In this document: positions 47,128-55,407 of the stretch, one piece after another
Layout of the letters: every line of letters begins with the position of its first letter
Position numbering within the stretch: position 1 is the first letter of the stretch
Assembly: GCA_965219685.1 (NCBI GenBank)
Contig: CBDCOH010000002.1
Span: forward strand, 736,001 to 800,000
Length of the DNA stretch: 64,000 bases
Source of the DNA: Candidatus Spongiisociaceae bacterium
GTDB lineage: Bacteria; Actinomycetota; Acidimicrobiia; Spongiisociales; Spongiisociaceae
Direction of reading: 5' to 3'
Program-made: the position numbers and the translations under genes
Notes under the pieces: model-generated
Seen by the model: the letters and a program-made list of their open reading frames with translations, nothing else
Told to the model about the DNA's origin: nothing
The model's database searches: none

Positions 47128-49237
47128 TTCTTCGCTCCTGTGGGGTCATGGCAGGGCTCCGGTGATCGGCCTGCCGTCCTGCCCTGATCCACCATGTGTC
47201 CTCGCCGTACATGGCCAATCCCCGCCGCAGCGCCATGCTGACGCCTAACACCATCGAGTTGGCCAACTCGTCCGGTCTCGAGATCACCTGGTGGTGCCGG
47301 TAGGCGGAGACGACCGTGTCGTCGCCCACGCCGATTCCCAGGACGGTGGTGCCCCGTCCGTCTATCTCCTCCACCGATCGGGCCAGCGCCTTGACCGATC
47401 CCCGTGTCATCCCGTCGGCGAGTACCACCAACACCCTGACCTGGGCGCCGTGATTGGCAAGGCGCTCTGCGGCGTAGGTGATGTTGAACTCGTCGACGTT
47501 GGCGGCCTTCTCGAACAGCGAGACGGGCGGTGCCTCCCGAGGCGCCCGGCGGGCCTCCAAGCCGGCTTCCCCGGTCCGCGCCGCGGTCCAGAAGAGACCG
47601 GCGAGGACGTCGTCGGATCTCCGCCACGGCTCGGTGAAACCCGACAGGACGTAGTGGTTCACGGTGGACGTGAGGCGGTCGGCGGCCGCTCCATGGGTTC
47701 GGCGGAGTTGGCTGATAGCCGCGGTGCGGCGCCTGGAGTAGGTCCATTCGGTGTCGTCGACCTTGGCCGCGAAGGCCCGGTTGAAGATGGCCACCTCGAA
47801 ATCCACCTGCAGTTCATTGCACATGGCGGCGAGCGTCCACGCTCCCAGCATGGCGGCGGCCAGGCCCCAGGGTCGGCGGTCACGGGGAGCGGCCAGGCGG
47901 CGCGGTTGCAGCATGGAAGCCGATCCGTCCACGAGGACGCTCACCGCGTAGGAGCGCCGAGTGGAGATCGAGCGCCGTTCGAACATCCTCTGGTAGAGGC
48001 CCCCTCCGAGCAGCAATGCGGCATGGGGGGACAGGTCGCCCGCATCGTATCCGGAACGCAGCCCTCGTCGCTGGTTGGCCACGAACAGTGGGTGTAGTTC
48101 GCCGGCTATGTTGCGCTGGTGCACGTTCCACTCGCGCGCTGCGTCCATCAGGGCGCTCCGGCCCTGGCGGGCGAAACGCCGGAATGGTTCGGGCACGCGG
48201 CCCACGGTGAGCTTGCCGCTCTGGCCGGTGGGTAGATAGATCACGGGTGCCTGGCTGACCCTGAGGAGTTGGTCGGTTCCCTCCTCGGACGCCTGGTCCA
48301 ACTCGGCCGGGCGGCCGGTCGGGTCCATCTGATGCCGGTCGGGGCTGCGGGTGTCCCGGTAGTGCTCCGCATCCTGGACGATCGGCGAGTAGAGCCGAAC
48401 CCGGTCGAGTCCTTCGGTGATCGCATCCTTCTCTGCTTCCCTTAGGTCGCGCGGGCTCGGCTGCTCCTCTTCCGAGGCGCCGGAGACCAGTCCGTGCATC
48501 CTGGCTACGGCCAGCAAGCGCATCGCCAGCCCGGCTACTTCCCAGGGGTCGTCGGCGTCCCCTGCCTCCTCCAGGATTCCTAGGGCATCGCGCCAGGCCG
48601 TACCGGAGCGAGCGTCCAGCCCCCGTTCTAGGGCCGCGGGCTCCGCATAGTCGCCCACCGTCAGGAAGCACGCGATGGCGAACCGGGCGAGCGGACCGCT
48701 CCGGCGCAAGGCGTGGGCCATGGAGGTCCGGTACAGGTCTGCGAGCACCGAACGCGCTCCCGGGTAGGCCGCGAGTCCCCTCCGCTCCTGGCGAGAGTCC
48801 TCGATCGCGAAGAACAGGGCCTCGGCAGGTGGTCCGCCCGCGCCGACGAGCGCCTCCAGAAGGGTGGTCTTCTCATCGCCGGCCGGATCGTCGCTCTCCG
48901 GTTGCCACTCAGCGGGGACGGCACGTGCCTCGTCGAAGTCGGAGGACACCAGATGCACCACCTCGTGGAGTGCGGACGCGAGGGCGGTCTCTTCCGGTGT
49001 CACCGGGGCCCGCCGCCCGTAGGCCGCCTGGAACAGGCCGGGGTCGATAACCACTTCCGACTCGGACGAACGGCTCGAAGCGCCCAGCACCACCCGCAAA
49101 TCCTCCCGGCCGGTCAGGGTCCTCGCAACCCTCGTAACCGCGCCGGCCACCCGCTGGTACCGGCCCACCACCGCCTCGATAGCGCGTTCCTCCGGGGGAA
49201 GGATCTCGGTGAGGAACGACTTTTGCCTTGATGCCAC
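47120..49237 (-). CDS. CobT/NorD-like protein with a C-terminal vWA domain
   Basis: LHEVVH, IEDSRQE, GYDAGDL, MIDAS VLVDGSASM, VLADG, GIGVG. Confidence 0.8.
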   Translation of the reverse strand: MASRQKSFLTEILPPEERAIEAVVGRYQRVAGAVTRVARTLTGREDLRVVLGASSRSSESEVVIDPGLFQAAYGRRAPVTPEETALASALHEVVHLVSSDFDEARAVPAEWQPESDDPAGDEKTTLLEALVGAGGPPAEALFFAIEDSRQERRGLAAYPGARSVLADLYRTSMAHALRRSGPLARFAIACFLTVGDYAEPAALERGLDARSGTAWRDALGILEEAGDADDPWEVAGLAMRLLAVARMHGLVSGASEEEQPSPRDLREAEKDAITEGLDRVRLYSPIVQDAEHYRDTRSPDRHQMDPTGRPAELDQASEEGTDQLLRVSQAPVIYLPTGQSGKLTVGRVPEPFRRFARQGRSALMDAAREWNVHQRNIAGELHPLFVANQRRGLRSGYDAGDLSPHAALLLGGGLYQRMFERRSISTRRSYAVSVLVDGSASMLQPRRLAAPRDRRPWGLAAAMLGAWTLAAMCNELQVDFEVAIFNRAFAAKVDDTEWTYSRRRTAAISQLRRTHGAAADRLTSTVNHYVLSGFTEPWRRSDDVLAGLFWTAARTGEAGLEARRAPREAPPVSLFEKAANVDEFNITYAAERLANHGAQVRVLVVLADGMTRGSVKALARSVEEIDGRGTTVLGIGVGDDTVVSAYRHHQVISRPDELANSMVLGVSMALRRGLAMYGEDTWWIRAGRQADHRSPAMTPQERRSA

Positions 49238-49295
49238 AAAGCTCTATTTTTGCATACGGCGACAGCCGGCGTTCACCCGGCGTGGACGGCCGGTC

Positions 49296-50120
49296 TCAGG
49301 CGACCACGATCGCCAGCAATGCCGCCAGTCCCAACCCGTAGACCACCAGGGCTCGCAGCAGCGGGGTTCTGGGCGTGGGCGGGATCCTCTGCCACAGCGC
49401 CGCCACGACCATTCCCATCACCAAGCCACCGACGTGCGCTTCCCAGGCGATGCCGGTTGCGAAGAGCGGCAGTGCGAGGTTGATGGCCAGCAGAAGGACG
49501 AGTTGGCGGAACTGGGCCGCCCCGTGAACCGTGCCTCGCAGAGGGAAGGTTCCAACGAGAACCGCCCCGAAGAGGCCGAATATCGCGCCCGAGGCGCCTA
49601 CCGCCCCACCGGCCGACAGGTACTGGAAGGCGACCCCCCCGGCGATCGCCGACGAAAGGTACAGACCCACGAAGGAGATGGCGCCCAGTTGGCGTTCGAG
49701 CCGGGGGCCGAACAGGTACAGGGCGTACATATTGAACAGGATGTGGAGCAGCGAACTGCGCGAGTGGAGGAACGCCGCCGTGATGACCCTCCACCACTCG
49801 CCGCGGCCGACCAGATCGGTGAGGTGGGCGTAGTCCAGCGTGAACTGTGGGTTCTGGCGCTGCAGCAGGTAGAACACCGCCGACACCACGATGATGGTCA
49901 GGACTGCGGGGGTGAATCCGGTGGACAGACCCCGGGCGGTGACCACCCGGGTGGCGGACCGGCCCGCTATGCACTGCGGGCACCTCTGCCCGACAGGGGA
50001 GTCATGCGAGCAGAACCCACAGATCGGCGTCTCGCATCGCGAGCACCGCAGCGCTGTGGCCCGTTCGGGGTGGCGGTAGCAGTGGACCGTATCCGGTGTC
50101 TGCGAGTCTCCGCTGTCCAT
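49296..50120 (-). CDS. Rhomboid intramembrane protease with an N-terminal zinc finger
   Basis: CYRHP...CSRC..PIC..C, HILFNM, GASGAIFG, AHVGG; TACAAT 7 nt before ATG. Confidence 0.92.
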   Translation of the reverse strand: MDSGDSQTPDTVHCYRHPERATALRCSRCETPICGFCSHDSPVGQRCPQCIAGRSATRVVTARGLSTGFTPAVLTIIVVSAVFYLLQRQNPQFTLDYAHLTDLVGRGEWWRVITAAFLHSRSSLLHILFNMYALYLFGPRLERQLGAISFVGLYLSSAIAGGVAFQYLSAGGAVGASGAIFGLFGAVLVGTFPLRGTVHGAAQFRQLVLLLAINLALPLFATGIAWEAHVGGLVMGMVVAALWQRIPPTPRTPLLRALVVYGLGLAALLAIVVA

Positions 50121-50210
50121 CGGGTCGATTGTAAGAGAAAGGCCGGTCAAGCGGAACCCATCCTCCGCGGCCGGATGGAGCGTGTATCTCATCTTGTACC
50201 ATCCGTCGTC

Positions 50211-51461
50211 GTGCAGGTAGAGATTTCCAGGACCTCCAACGGGATGACCGTGGTCACCGAGCCGGTTCCGGGGGTTCGGTCCGTGGCGATCGGGTGCTGG
50301 GTGGATACGGGTAGCAGGGACGAGCGGCCCAACGAGGCAGGCGCTGCCCACTTCCTGGAACACCTCCTGTTCAAGGGTTCGGACCGCCTGTCGGCGCGGG
50401 ACATCTCGGAGACTTTCGATGCCATCGGCGCGCAGAGCAACGCCTTCACGTCCAAGGAGTACACCTGTTTCTGGGCGCGGATGCTCGACTCCGAACTCGA
50501 CACCGGGCTAGACCTGCTGGCCGAGATGCTCCAGCGCCCGGCCTTCCGGACCGACGAGATCGATTCGGAACGCCGGGTCGTCATCGAGGAGATCAACATG
50601 AACGAGGACGACCCCTCGGACGTGGCGATGGAAGCCTTCATGAGGACCATCTTCGACGGTCACCCGTTGGGTCTGCCGGTGCTGGGTACACGGGACTCCA
50701 TCGGCGCCATGAGCCGTGACGACCTCCACGGTTACTGGCGCCGCCGTTACGGCTCGGGCACGGTGGCGGTGACGGTGGCCGGCAACACCGAGCATCGGCG
50801 GGTAGTCGATCTCGTGGAGGAACTGTTCGATTCTTGGGACGCTCATGAAGGTGACCACGACCTGGCTCCTCCGGGGATCGAGGCAAGGGTCGACGTGGTG
50901 CGGCGGGACACGGAGCAACTCCACCTGGTCTACGGCGGTGAGTCGGTGGACCGGACCGACGAGAGCCGCCTGGCGGACGGGGTGATGCATCACATCCTCG
51001 GGGGCGGGATGTCGTCGCGACTGTTCCAGAAGATCCGGGAGGAACGCGGTCTGGCCTACGCGGTGCACAGTTTCGCGATGCGGTTTGCCGAGACCGGCGC
51101 CTGGGGCGTCTACGTCGGGACTACCCCGGCAACCGCCCATACGGTGATGGAGATCCTGACCGAAGAACTGCAGCGACTCATATCCGATGGTGTGACCGAG
51201 GAGGAACTGGAGCGAGCCAAGGGTCACATGCGTGGCGCGCTCGCCCTGGCGATGGAGGACACCAACACACGCATGATCCGCCTGGGTCGTAACCACATCT
51301 TCGGCCTTCCCCATCTCACGCTCGACGAGCGGCTGGCCCGCATCGAAGGCATCACCCGCTCGGCGCTGGCCGAGAGCGCGGCCCGGACCCTTCAGGGACC
51401 TCGGGTCATGGGGGCGGTGGGTCCGTTCGAGAGCCGGGAGTTCGAGGAATACCTGTCATGA
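50211..51461 (+). CDS. M16 (pitrilysin) family zinc peptidase
   Basis: HFLEH inverted zinc motif, NAFTSKE, GGGMSSRLFQKIREERGLAY; alternative start 50175. Confidence 0.93.
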   Translation: MQVEISRTSNGMTVVTEPVPGVRSVAIGCWVDTGSRDERPNEAGAAHFLEHLLFKGSDRLSARDISETFDAIGAQSNAFTSKEYTCFWARMLDSELDTGLDLLAEMLQRPAFRTDEIDSERRVVIEEINMNEDDPSDVAMEAFMRTIFDGHPLGLPVLGTRDSIGAMSRDDLHGYWRRRYGSGTVAVTVAGNTEHRRVVDLVEELFDSWDAHEGDHDLAPPGIEARVDVVRRDTEQLHLVYGGESVDRTDESRLADGVMHHILGGGMSSRLFQKIREERGLAYAVHSFAMRFAETGAWGVYVGTTPATAHTVMEILTEELQRLISDGVTEEELERAKGHMRGALALAMEDTNTRMIRLGRNHIFGLPHLTLDERLARIEGITRSALAESAARTLQGPRVMGAVGPFESREFEEYLS

Positions 51462-52228
51462 TCTCGGTGGGGATATCCGGAGCTCCGGGCCGGATGGGCC
51501 GGCTTTCACTCGGCGCTCTGCTCCCTCTGGAAGAGCTGGCGGTCGGGGGGCTCTATGCCCCTGGCCACGACGGTGAAGACCTCTCGGGCCACCGCTGCTC
51601 GGGCGATCCGGAGGCGCTGCGCGATTGCGACGTGATTCTCGAGTTCACCAATCCGGATGTCGCGCCGGCCAACGTCAGCCGATGGAGATCCTTCGGAGCG
51701 CACGTTGTGATCGGTACGTCGGGATACGACAGCGGACGGCTGGCCACTCTCGCCGACGAGTGGGCGGGGAGTGCCCGGAGGTGCCTGGTCGTACCCAACT
51801 TCTCGGTGGGCGCGGTCCTGATGATGCGGTTCGCTGAGTTGGCGGCGCCTCACTTCGCCTCGGCCGAGATCATCGAGCTGCACCACGAGGACAAGCCCGA
51901 TGCTCCGTCCGGCACGTCCCTCAACACGGCGGCCCGCATCGGAGCGGCCCGCAGGGGTGCCGGCCTCACCCCGCATGGCCGTGGCAGGGAGTTGGTGCCG
52001 GGCGCTCTGGGCGCCGAGGTCGAAGGGGTGCCGATCCATTCCGTGCGGGCTCACGGCTTCGTCGCCCACCAGGAGGTGATCCTCGGTGGGACCGGCGAGT
52101 ACCTGACCATCCGGCACGACACGACCGACTACATCGCGTTCGCCCCCGGCATCATCCTGGCCCTGAGGGCGGTGTCGTCGCTGGCTGAGCCGCTGACGGT
52201 GGGACTCGAGTCCGTCCTCGGTATCTGA
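51458..52228 (+). CDS. dapB: 4-hydroxy-tetrahydrodipicolinate reductase
   Basis: GAPGRMG, ELHHEDKPDAPSGT, HSVR. Confidence 0.95.
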   Translation: MISVGISGAPGRMGRLSLGALLPLEELAVGGLYAPGHDGEDLSGHRCSGDPEALRDCDVILEFTNPDVAPANVSRWRSFGAHVVIGTSGYDSGRLATLADEWAGSARRCLVVPNFSVGAVLMMRFAELAAPHFASAEIIELHHEDKPDAPSGTSLNTAARIGAARRGAGLTPHGRGRELVPGALGAEVEGVPIHSVRAHGFVAHQEVILGGTGEYLTIRHDTTDYIAFAPGIILALRAVSSLAEPLTVGLESVLGI

Positions 52229-52420
52229 GAGAAGTGTTCGGTTAGTCCTGACGCGTACCGCGCTGCGACTGTCCGGTCCCGGCCCACGATCCTGGCCGCC
52301 CGATGTGAGTCCACTGGCTGTGCAGCGCGCTGGAGACACAGGCCGGACAGGCCGACTGTCGCGAGGCGGCTACCGAGAGCGTTCACGGCCGGGTGGAGCC
52401 GCCCGGTACCATCTATGCTC

Positions 52421-52461
52421 TAGGGGGAGGCCCGGTCATTAGGCAGAGGCCCGGTCACTAG
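52421..52461 (+). repeat. 19-bp tandem duplication upstream of dapA
   Basis: TAGGGGGAGGCCCGGTCAT TAGGCAGAGGCCCGGTCAC TAG. Confidence 0.8.
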
Positions 52462-52499
52462 ACACTGGAAGATCCCGTCAATGGGGTGAGGAGGAGAAC

Positions 52500-53381
52500 G
52501 TGGATCCGTTCGGCGCGTTGCTCACCGCCATGATCACCCCGTTCGCGGTCGATGGGTCGGTCGACTATGACAGGATGGCGCGCCTTGCGATCCATCTGGT
52601 CGACAACGGTCACGACGGTCTGCTCGTAACCGGGACGACCGGTGAGTCCCCCACCCTCACCGACAGTGAGAAACTGGCGCTTTACTCGACGGTCGTGGAG
52701 GCGGTTGGGAGCAAGGCCGCGGTGGTGGCGGGCACGGGCACCTACGACACACACCACTCCATAGAACTCTCGGTGCGGGCCGCTGAACTAGGAGTCGACG
52801 GGCTGATGGCGGTCACGCCCTACTACTCGAGGCCGCCCCAATCGGGCTTGGTCGCCCACTTCGTCGCGATCGCGGACTCCACCGGGCTGCCGCTCATCGT
52901 CTACAACATCCCTGGCCGGACCGCCACGTTGATAGAGGCTGAGACCCTTGCGGAGATAGCCGAGCACCCGAACATCGTCGCCACCAAGGACGCGGTTGGT
53001 GACCTCGGGTACACGAAGGCAAGTCTCGAGTTGCTCCCTGAGGACTTCCTCGTCTACTCGGGTGACGACTCGGCAACCCTGCCGATGCTGGAACTCGGAG
53101 GCGTCGGCGTGATCTCGGTGGCCGGCCACTTCGCAGGGCGCCAGATCAAGCGGATGGTCGAGGCACACCGGAGGGGCGACACGGAGGAGGCATGGCGCCT
53201 GCACGACGGGTTGATGCCGCTGTTCGACGCGTGTTTCGCCGAGCCCAACCCGATGCCCACGAAGGCGGGTCTCAACGCGCTGTGGGAGCCGGTGGGGGAT
53301 CCGCGACTCCCGTTGGTACCGGCATCGGTCGACACACGCGACGCGGTGGTCGCCGGGGTGGGCCTGGCCCAGAGGTTGTGA
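52500..53381 (+). CDS. dapA: 4-hydroxy-tetrahydrodipicolinate synthase
   Basis: GTTGESPTL, YNIPGRT, KDA, YSGDD. Confidence 0.96.
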   Translation: MDPFGALLTAMITPFAVDGSVDYDRMARLAIHLVDNGHDGLLVTGTTGESPTLTDSEKLALYSTVVEAVGSKAAVVAGTGTYDTHHSIELSVRAAELGVDGLMAVTPYYSRPPQSGLVAHFVAIADSTGLPLIVYNIPGRTATLIEAETLAEIAEHPNIVATKDAVGDLGYTKASLELLPEDFLVYSGDDSATLPMLELGGVGVISVAGHFAGRQIKRMVEAHRRGDTEEAWRLHDGLMPLFDACFAEPNPMPTKAGLNALWEPVGDPRLPLVPASVDTRDAVVAGVGLAQRL

Positions 53382-55030
53382 GCGTCCGCGTCACTTTTCT
53401 CGGCGGTCTCGGTGAGATCGGGCGGAACTGCGCTGCCATCGAGATCGAGGGCCAGATAGCCCTGATCGACTGCGGCCTGATGTTTCCCGAAGAGGACATG
53501 TGGGGCGTCGATCTGGTCCTCCCCGACTGGCGGTGGTTGGTGGAGCGGCGCGAGGACATCCGTTGCGTGGTGCTGACGCACGGTCACGAGGACCACATGG
53601 GCGGGCTCGGTTACTTTCTCGACGAGGTGAACGTGCCCGTGTTCGGCACCCGGCTGTCCCTGGCCATCGCGGCGGGCCGGGTTGACGAGATGGGTATCGA
53701 GAAGGACTTCCGACCCATCCCCGACGGTCGCTGGGTCATCGAAGGGCCTTTCGCCTTCCAACTCATCCCGGTGTCGCACTCGGTGCCCGAGGGGAGCGGC
53801 GTGGTCTTCGACACATCGGAAGGCCTGGTGGTCCACACCGGTGACTTCAAGCTCGACCCCACTCCGGTCGATGACCGCCGTACCGATCTACCGACGTTCG
53901 CCAGGTTCGGGCGCGAGGGCGTTCGCCTGCTCCTCTCCGACTCCACCAATGCCGAGCGGGATGGGGTCGTCCCGTCCGAGAAGTCCCTGGGTCCGTCGAT
54001 CCGATCCATCGTCCAGCAGGCGCCCGGCCGGGTGATAAGCACGTGCTTCTCCAGCCATCTCCACCGGGTCCAGCAACTGGCGGACGCCGGTCTCGACTCG
54101 GGCCGTTACCTGGCCTTCATCGGACGTTCCATGGAACGGAACGTCCGCATCGGGACCGACCTCGGGGTTCTTCATCTGCCCCAGCACCGGGTGGTCAAGA
54201 TCGGAGAGGCGATGGATCTGCCCCAAGAGGAGGTCATGATCATCACAACCGGGTCGCAGGGAGAGCCTTTCTCGGCACTTTCGCTTGTCGCCGGGGGGCG
54301 CCATCGCTGGGTCAAGCTCGACCAGGACGACACGGTCCTCATCTCCGCCACGCCCGTGCCCGGGAACGAGACCGCCGTTTCGAGGGTCATCTCCGACCTC
54401 ACCCGGAGCGGTGCCAGGGTCTTCCACGGTCGCAACGCCTACGTGCACGTGTCCGGGCACGCTACCGCCGAGGAACTCAAGACATTCCTCAACGTGGTCA
54501 GGCCAACGACCCTCGTCCCGATCCACGGCGAGTATCGCCATCTCAGTGCCCATGCCGACCTCGCGGTCGAGATGGGGGTGCCCGAGGTGCTGGTGCTCGA
54601 GGACGGGGACGCCGTGATTCTCGACGGGGATGAAACCCTCGTGGAGCGGAGTGCGGTGGAGTCGCGATACGTGTACGTGGACGGTTCGGGAGTGGGGGAC
54701 ATCCGCGAGTCCCTGCTCCGGGAGCGTGCCCAATTGGGTGACGACGGGGTTGTGGTGGTGTCGCTCATGCTCGATGCGGACACCGGACGGTTGGCCGCTC
54801 CGCCCGCGCTGACCAGCCACGGATTCATGGACGACGCCGCGGAGCTTCTGGACGATCTGTCCGCCGCGATCGAACGGGCCGTGGCCAAGGACCCGGGCCG
54901 GTTCGAGAAGGCTCCCCACGTCGCCGTTCGCCAGGTCGCCCGCCGGATGATCAAGGCCGAGACCGGGCGGCGGCCCGTCGTCCTACCCGTGATCAGCTCC
55001 CCGGAGCGGATGCCGCGCCGGCGGAGCTAG
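53378..55030 (+). CDS. rnj: Ribonuclease J
   Basis: LGGLGEIGRN, THGHEDH, HTGDFK, TGSQGEP, HVSGH, PIHGE; GTGA coupling to dapA. Confidence 0.96.
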   Translation: MSVRVTFLGGLGEIGRNCAAIEIEGQIALIDCGLMFPEEDMWGVDLVLPDWRWLVERREDIRCVVLTHGHEDHMGGLGYFLDEVNVPVFGTRLSLAIAAGRVDEMGIEKDFRPIPDGRWVIEGPFAFQLIPVSHSVPEGSGVVFDTSEGLVVHTGDFKLDPTPVDDRRTDLPTFARFGREGVRLLLSDSTNAERDGVVPSEKSLGPSIRSIVQQAPGRVISTCFSSHLHRVQQLADAGLDSGRYLAFIGRSMERNVRIGTDLGVLHLPQHRVVKIGEAMDLPQEEVMIITTGSQGEPFSALSLVAGGRHRWVKLDQDDTVLISATPVPGNETAVSRVISDLTRSGARVFHGRNAYVHVSGHATAEELKTFLNVVRPTTLVPIHGEYRHLSAHADLAVEMGVPEVLVLEDGDAVILDGDETLVERSAVESRYVYVDGSGVGDIRESLLRERAQLGDDGVVVVSLMLDADTGRLAAPPALTSHGFMDDAAELLDDLSAAIERAVAKDPGRFEKAPHVAVRQVARRMIKAETGRRPVVLPVISSPERMPRRRS

Positions 55031-55045
55031 CGGCTGGTGGCGTTC

Positions 55046-55360
55046 CACCATTCACCACTGACCATTCACCATTCACCATTCACCACTCACCACTGACCAT
55101 TCACGACTCACCATTCACCACTCACCAATCACGACTCACCACTCACGACTCACCATTCACCATTCACCATTCACCACTGCCCATTCACCATTCACCATTC
55201 ACGACTCACCATTCACCACTGACCATTCACCACTCACCACTCACCACTCACCACTCACCACTGACCATTCACGATTCACCATTCACGATTCACCATTCAC
55301 GACTCACCATTCACCATTCACGACTCACCATTCACGACTCACCATTCACCACTCACCACC
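55046..55360 (+). repeat. Variant heptamer array, 45 units
   Basis: CACCATT/CACCACT/CACGACT/CACGATT/GACCATT units, no indels. Confidence 0.98.
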
Positions 55361-55407
55361 GAAGGTCGTTGAGTAGTTCCCGCGGTTGGTGTAGTGTTTC
55401 CTCCCAC

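Noticed and set aside
49209-50174. N-terminal 320 aa of the 750-aa ORF
   Set aside because: Antisense shadow of the rhomboid gene; M16 homology starts near 50211.
52229-52499. Lysine riboswitch upstream of dapA
   Set aside because: I could not find the conserved L-box core by eye; not called without an Rfam scan.
55033-55040. E. coli Chi sequence GCTGGTGG beside the array
   Set aside because: A single 8-mer is expected by chance in GC-rich DNA, and Chi sequences are lineage-specific.
55046-55360. CRISPR array
   Set aside because: Contiguous 7-mers with no unique spacers, and no cas genes in the window.
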